A stretch of 63,901 bases of DNA, the filler included, from Chiloscyllium plagiosum (taxonomy: Eukaryota), in NCBI RefSeq assembly GCF_004010195.1. It is 5 parts of one record of this genome, joined end to end, with 100 filler letters (N's around TTAATTAATTAA, not from the genome) between each part and the next. Parts side by side here need not be neighbours in the genome. Positions count along the whole stretch, not along the records: positions 60,986 to 63,901 come from NC_057710.1; 4 more parts are not named here. One strand, given 5' to 3'. The translations under genes and the position numbers were made by a program. Below the pieces are notes generated by a model. It did no database searches. It was given only the letters and a program-made list of their open reading frames with translations, and had not been told where the DNA came from. Shown here piece by piece: positions 60,986-63,901 of this stretch. Positions within the stretch are counted from its first letter, which is position 1; the number at the start of each line of letters is the position of its first letter.

Positions 60986-62400
60986 CCCCCCCCCACCTTA
61001 CTAGTTTAAATCCTCCCGAGCAGTTCTAGCAAATTTCCCTGCCAGTATATTAGTCCCCTTCCAATTTAGGTGCAATCCGTCCTTCTTGTACAGGTCACTT
61101 CTACCCCAAAAGAGATTCCAATGATCCAAAAATGTGAATCCTTCTCCCATACACCAGCTCCTCAGCCATGCATTCATCTGCTCCATCCTCCTATTCCTGC
61201 CCTCACTAGCTCGTAGCACCGGGAGTAATCCAGATATTACTACCCTTGAGGACCTCCTTTTTAAATTTCTGCCTAACTCTCTGTAATCTCGCTTCAGAAT
61301 CCCAACCTTTTCCCTTCCTTAATCGTTGGTTCCAATGTGGACGATGATCTCCTGCTGGCCCCTCTCCCCCGTGAGAACATTCTGCACCCTCTCTGAGACA
61401 TCCTTGATCCTGGCACCAGGGAAACAACACACCATTCTGCTTTTTCTCTGCCTGGCCACAGAAACACCTGTCTGTGCCTTGGTCTAGAGAGTCCCCTAAC
61501 ACTATCGATCATTTGGAACCTGGCATTCCCCTCATTACTTTAGAGTCAGCGTCGACACCAGACACTTGTCTGTTCGTGCTACGTTCCCCTGAGAATCGAT
61601 CACCCCCTACTTTTTCCAAAACAGTATGTTTTCCAAAACATATTTTTTTGAAATGGGGATAGCCACAAAAGACTCCTGCACTACCTGCCTACCTCTCCTA
61701 CCTTTCCTGGAGTTAACCCATCTGTGTGACTGTATCTGTGACTTTCCCCCTTCCTATAACTGCCATCCATCACACCCCCTTGCTCTTGTAAATTCCTCAT
61801 TGCCTCTAACTGTCTCTCCAACTGATCCATTTGATCTGATAGGATTCGCAACCAACAGCATTTATTACAGATATAATCCTCAGTAGCATGTAAACTCACC
61901 CTAAACTCCCACATCCAATGAGAAGAGCAGATCACTCTACTAAAGGCCAGTTTTGCTTTGTTCTGTCTGCAGACCCAGAAAATAGCACTGTCTTATTGCT
62001 CTAAAGTAAAACACTGCTCTCAGCTAACTTAATACTTATGGCTTACACTTTTAAAATTTAATCAAGAGACAGATCTCAATAAAACATGTAATCAAGAAAG
62101 AACCCACTCTACTCACTCTTGCAGATTGTCAACAAGACTACACTTAAAAACTCTGCACTTTTCTATTCGTGGGCTGTGAGCTGTCCCACACAGGTTCCTC
62201 TAAGATCAGTTGTGAAATTCACTGTTTGTTAATTTTCCCAGACGCACTCCGATGTCCAGTGATACATGAATTCAAACAGCAAAGGCAGTAACTGTGCAGG
62301 TCCACTGCTGTGTCAGGGAGCAGTGTGGGGTTTCTGTCTCTGTCTCTCTCCTGCACTGACCATGTGCTGCCTTTTGTCTGACCTTCCCCCTCTTAAAGTT
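60986..62400 (-). mobile_element. CR1 5' UTR plus complete but frameshifted ORF1 (Zn finger and SGNH esterase)
   Basis: CSSHWMWE...ICNKC (61681-61935), LGDS (61502), FLDHW...KDGLHLN (61001-61219); UTR is an inverted homolog of 59385-59780. Confidence 0.92.
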
Positions 62401-62884
62401 CTTTTTGAACAAGGTTTTGGGCATCTGACCTAATTAATATGCCTCTAAATGGCTTTGTATCACATCCTGTTGGATAACCCTCCAGACGGGTGCCTTGTGG
62501 TGTTTTACTACTGTAAAGACATTATATGGTGGCTGCTGCGGTTATGGTATGATGCATTTAAATGAGGAGAATCCTCAAGATAGAATAATGGCTTGCGTTT
62601 TACAGGTGAAATGATGACAAAACAATCAGTGTTTATTATCAATACCCTTGAAAGTGATAGCAATGTCTGACATCTGAGCAAATGCAGTTAAATACCAGCA
62701 CCCCCCTAGGGCACAGTGTTAAAGTCCCCACAAGTGGTAATGTTTGGAAGTCACTGAACTATCAGGAGCTCCCCTTTTACACTGTAGCTTTAACTATGAA
62801 ATAAATGATAAAATAATCCCTTGTTAATGAAGTGTACCTTGGTGCTAATCACGTACTAATTGGTAATCATTACAGAACTAAACA

Positions 62885-63475
62885 AATTACATGTCTGCAT
62901 GCTTACAAATCAGGCCATTCAGCCCCACCAGCCTGCTCCACCAGGCAATCAGGAATCTTACTGAACTCTCAAAACTACATTCCTGTCTGTCCTTGATAAC
63001 CTTTCAATCCTTTGGATAAAGGGTCTATCCATAGGCGGTTGTGATTTTCCTGAGTTCCTCTCTCTGTCCATGACTTTTCGCTACTTCTCAAGTGCTAATT
63101 GTGTCCTCAATAGTGAAGATCGATGCACAATATCTGCTCCATTCTGCCGTTTCCTTATTTTCCTTTATTATTTCTTCAATCTGATTATCTCTATGACCAA
63201 CTCTCACCTCGCTAGTTTTGAAAAGGCTTAACTTGTTTTTATTTATGGCTAGCTTACTCCTGTACTCCTCAGTTTTCCTCCTTGTTAATTTTTTTTTGGT
63301 GATTCGTTGCTGCTTAATTATTATTCTCCCATGGCTTCTTCCCTGCCATGTATTTTTGTAAAATATTATGCTTTGCTTTAAGTTTGATACTACCTTTCAG
63401 TTTTATCTCACCACAGATGATGAGCCTATCCCTTGGATTTTTACTGAATTGTTGGAATGCATCTATTCCATATAT
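62885..63475 (-). mobile_element. Old CR1 remnants
   Basis: caggccattcagccccaccagcctgctccacc tail-like start; decayed linker-like sequence. Confidence 0.5.
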
Positions 63476-63644
63476 TCTGAACGAACCTGTTACAGAAAAT
63501 TAATTTTATGCGTGTGCAACATGTTTTTTCCATAATGTTAGAAGATCTATGTTTTTTAATAGAATAATGATTATTGTAAGTGTTTATGATATTTCAGCTT
63601 CGAGTCTATATGCACTTTGTTCTGTGGAAAATGCACAAGTAGTG

Positions 63645-63901
63645 AGAGAATGAATGACTTAGGGAGTAGGTTTGCTCGCTGAGCTGTAGGTTTGATATCC
63701 AGACGTTTCATTACCTGGCTAGGTAACATCATCAGTGGCGACCTCCAAGTGAAGCGAAACTGTTGTCTCCTGCTTTCTATTTATATCTTTCTCCTGGATG
63801 GGGTTCCTGGGGTTTGTGGTGATGTCATTTCCTGTTCGTTTTCTGAGGGGTTGATAGATGGCATCTAGATCTATGTATTTGTTTATGGTGTTGTGGTTGG
63901 A
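63645..63901 (-). mobile_element. Penelope-like element 3' end (continues beyond the window)
   Basis: Open minus frame SNHNTINKYIDLDAIYQPLRKRTG...ATDDVT* (63901 to 63719), homologous to the 2216-2623 C-terminus. Confidence 0.88.
63699..63738 (-). ncRNA. Minimal hammerhead ribozyme motif
   Basis: cca-CUGAUGA-u-guuaccu-agcc-agguaau-GAAA-cg-UC-ugg; stem II closes with G.U instead of G-C. Confidence 0.75.

Overview
Non-coding, repeat-dense vertebrate DNA, almost certainly from a shark (inferred from HE1/V-SINE and SacSINE1/DeuSINE-type SINEs and abundant CR1 LINEs). I recognise no host protein-coding gene; nearly every ORF with a recognisable product is a transposon remnant. Contents: about 20 CR1 LINE pieces (some near full length, with zinc-finger/esterase ORF1), Penelope-like elements (PLEs) with GIY-YIG ends, several SINE families, a Tc1/pogo-type MITE, decayed PIF/Harbinger and Gypsy elements, a solo LTR, two minisatellites and five assembly gaps (four with an artificial TTAATTAATTAA linker). 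The most interesting signal is RNA-level. At least five PLE repeat types carry minimal hammerhead ribozyme cores (CUGAnGA-stem II-GAAA-palindromic stem III-UH). In two families the PLE ORF stop codon lies inside the ribozyme stem-loop II. Three families have produced 140-170 bp fold-back mini-elements consisting of little more than the ribozyme and an inverted arm; two of these have clear TSDs. PLE hammerheads are known biology; the dual coding and recurrent fold-back minis deserve follow-up. Family names come from motif recognition only, and boundaries of decayed elements are approximate.
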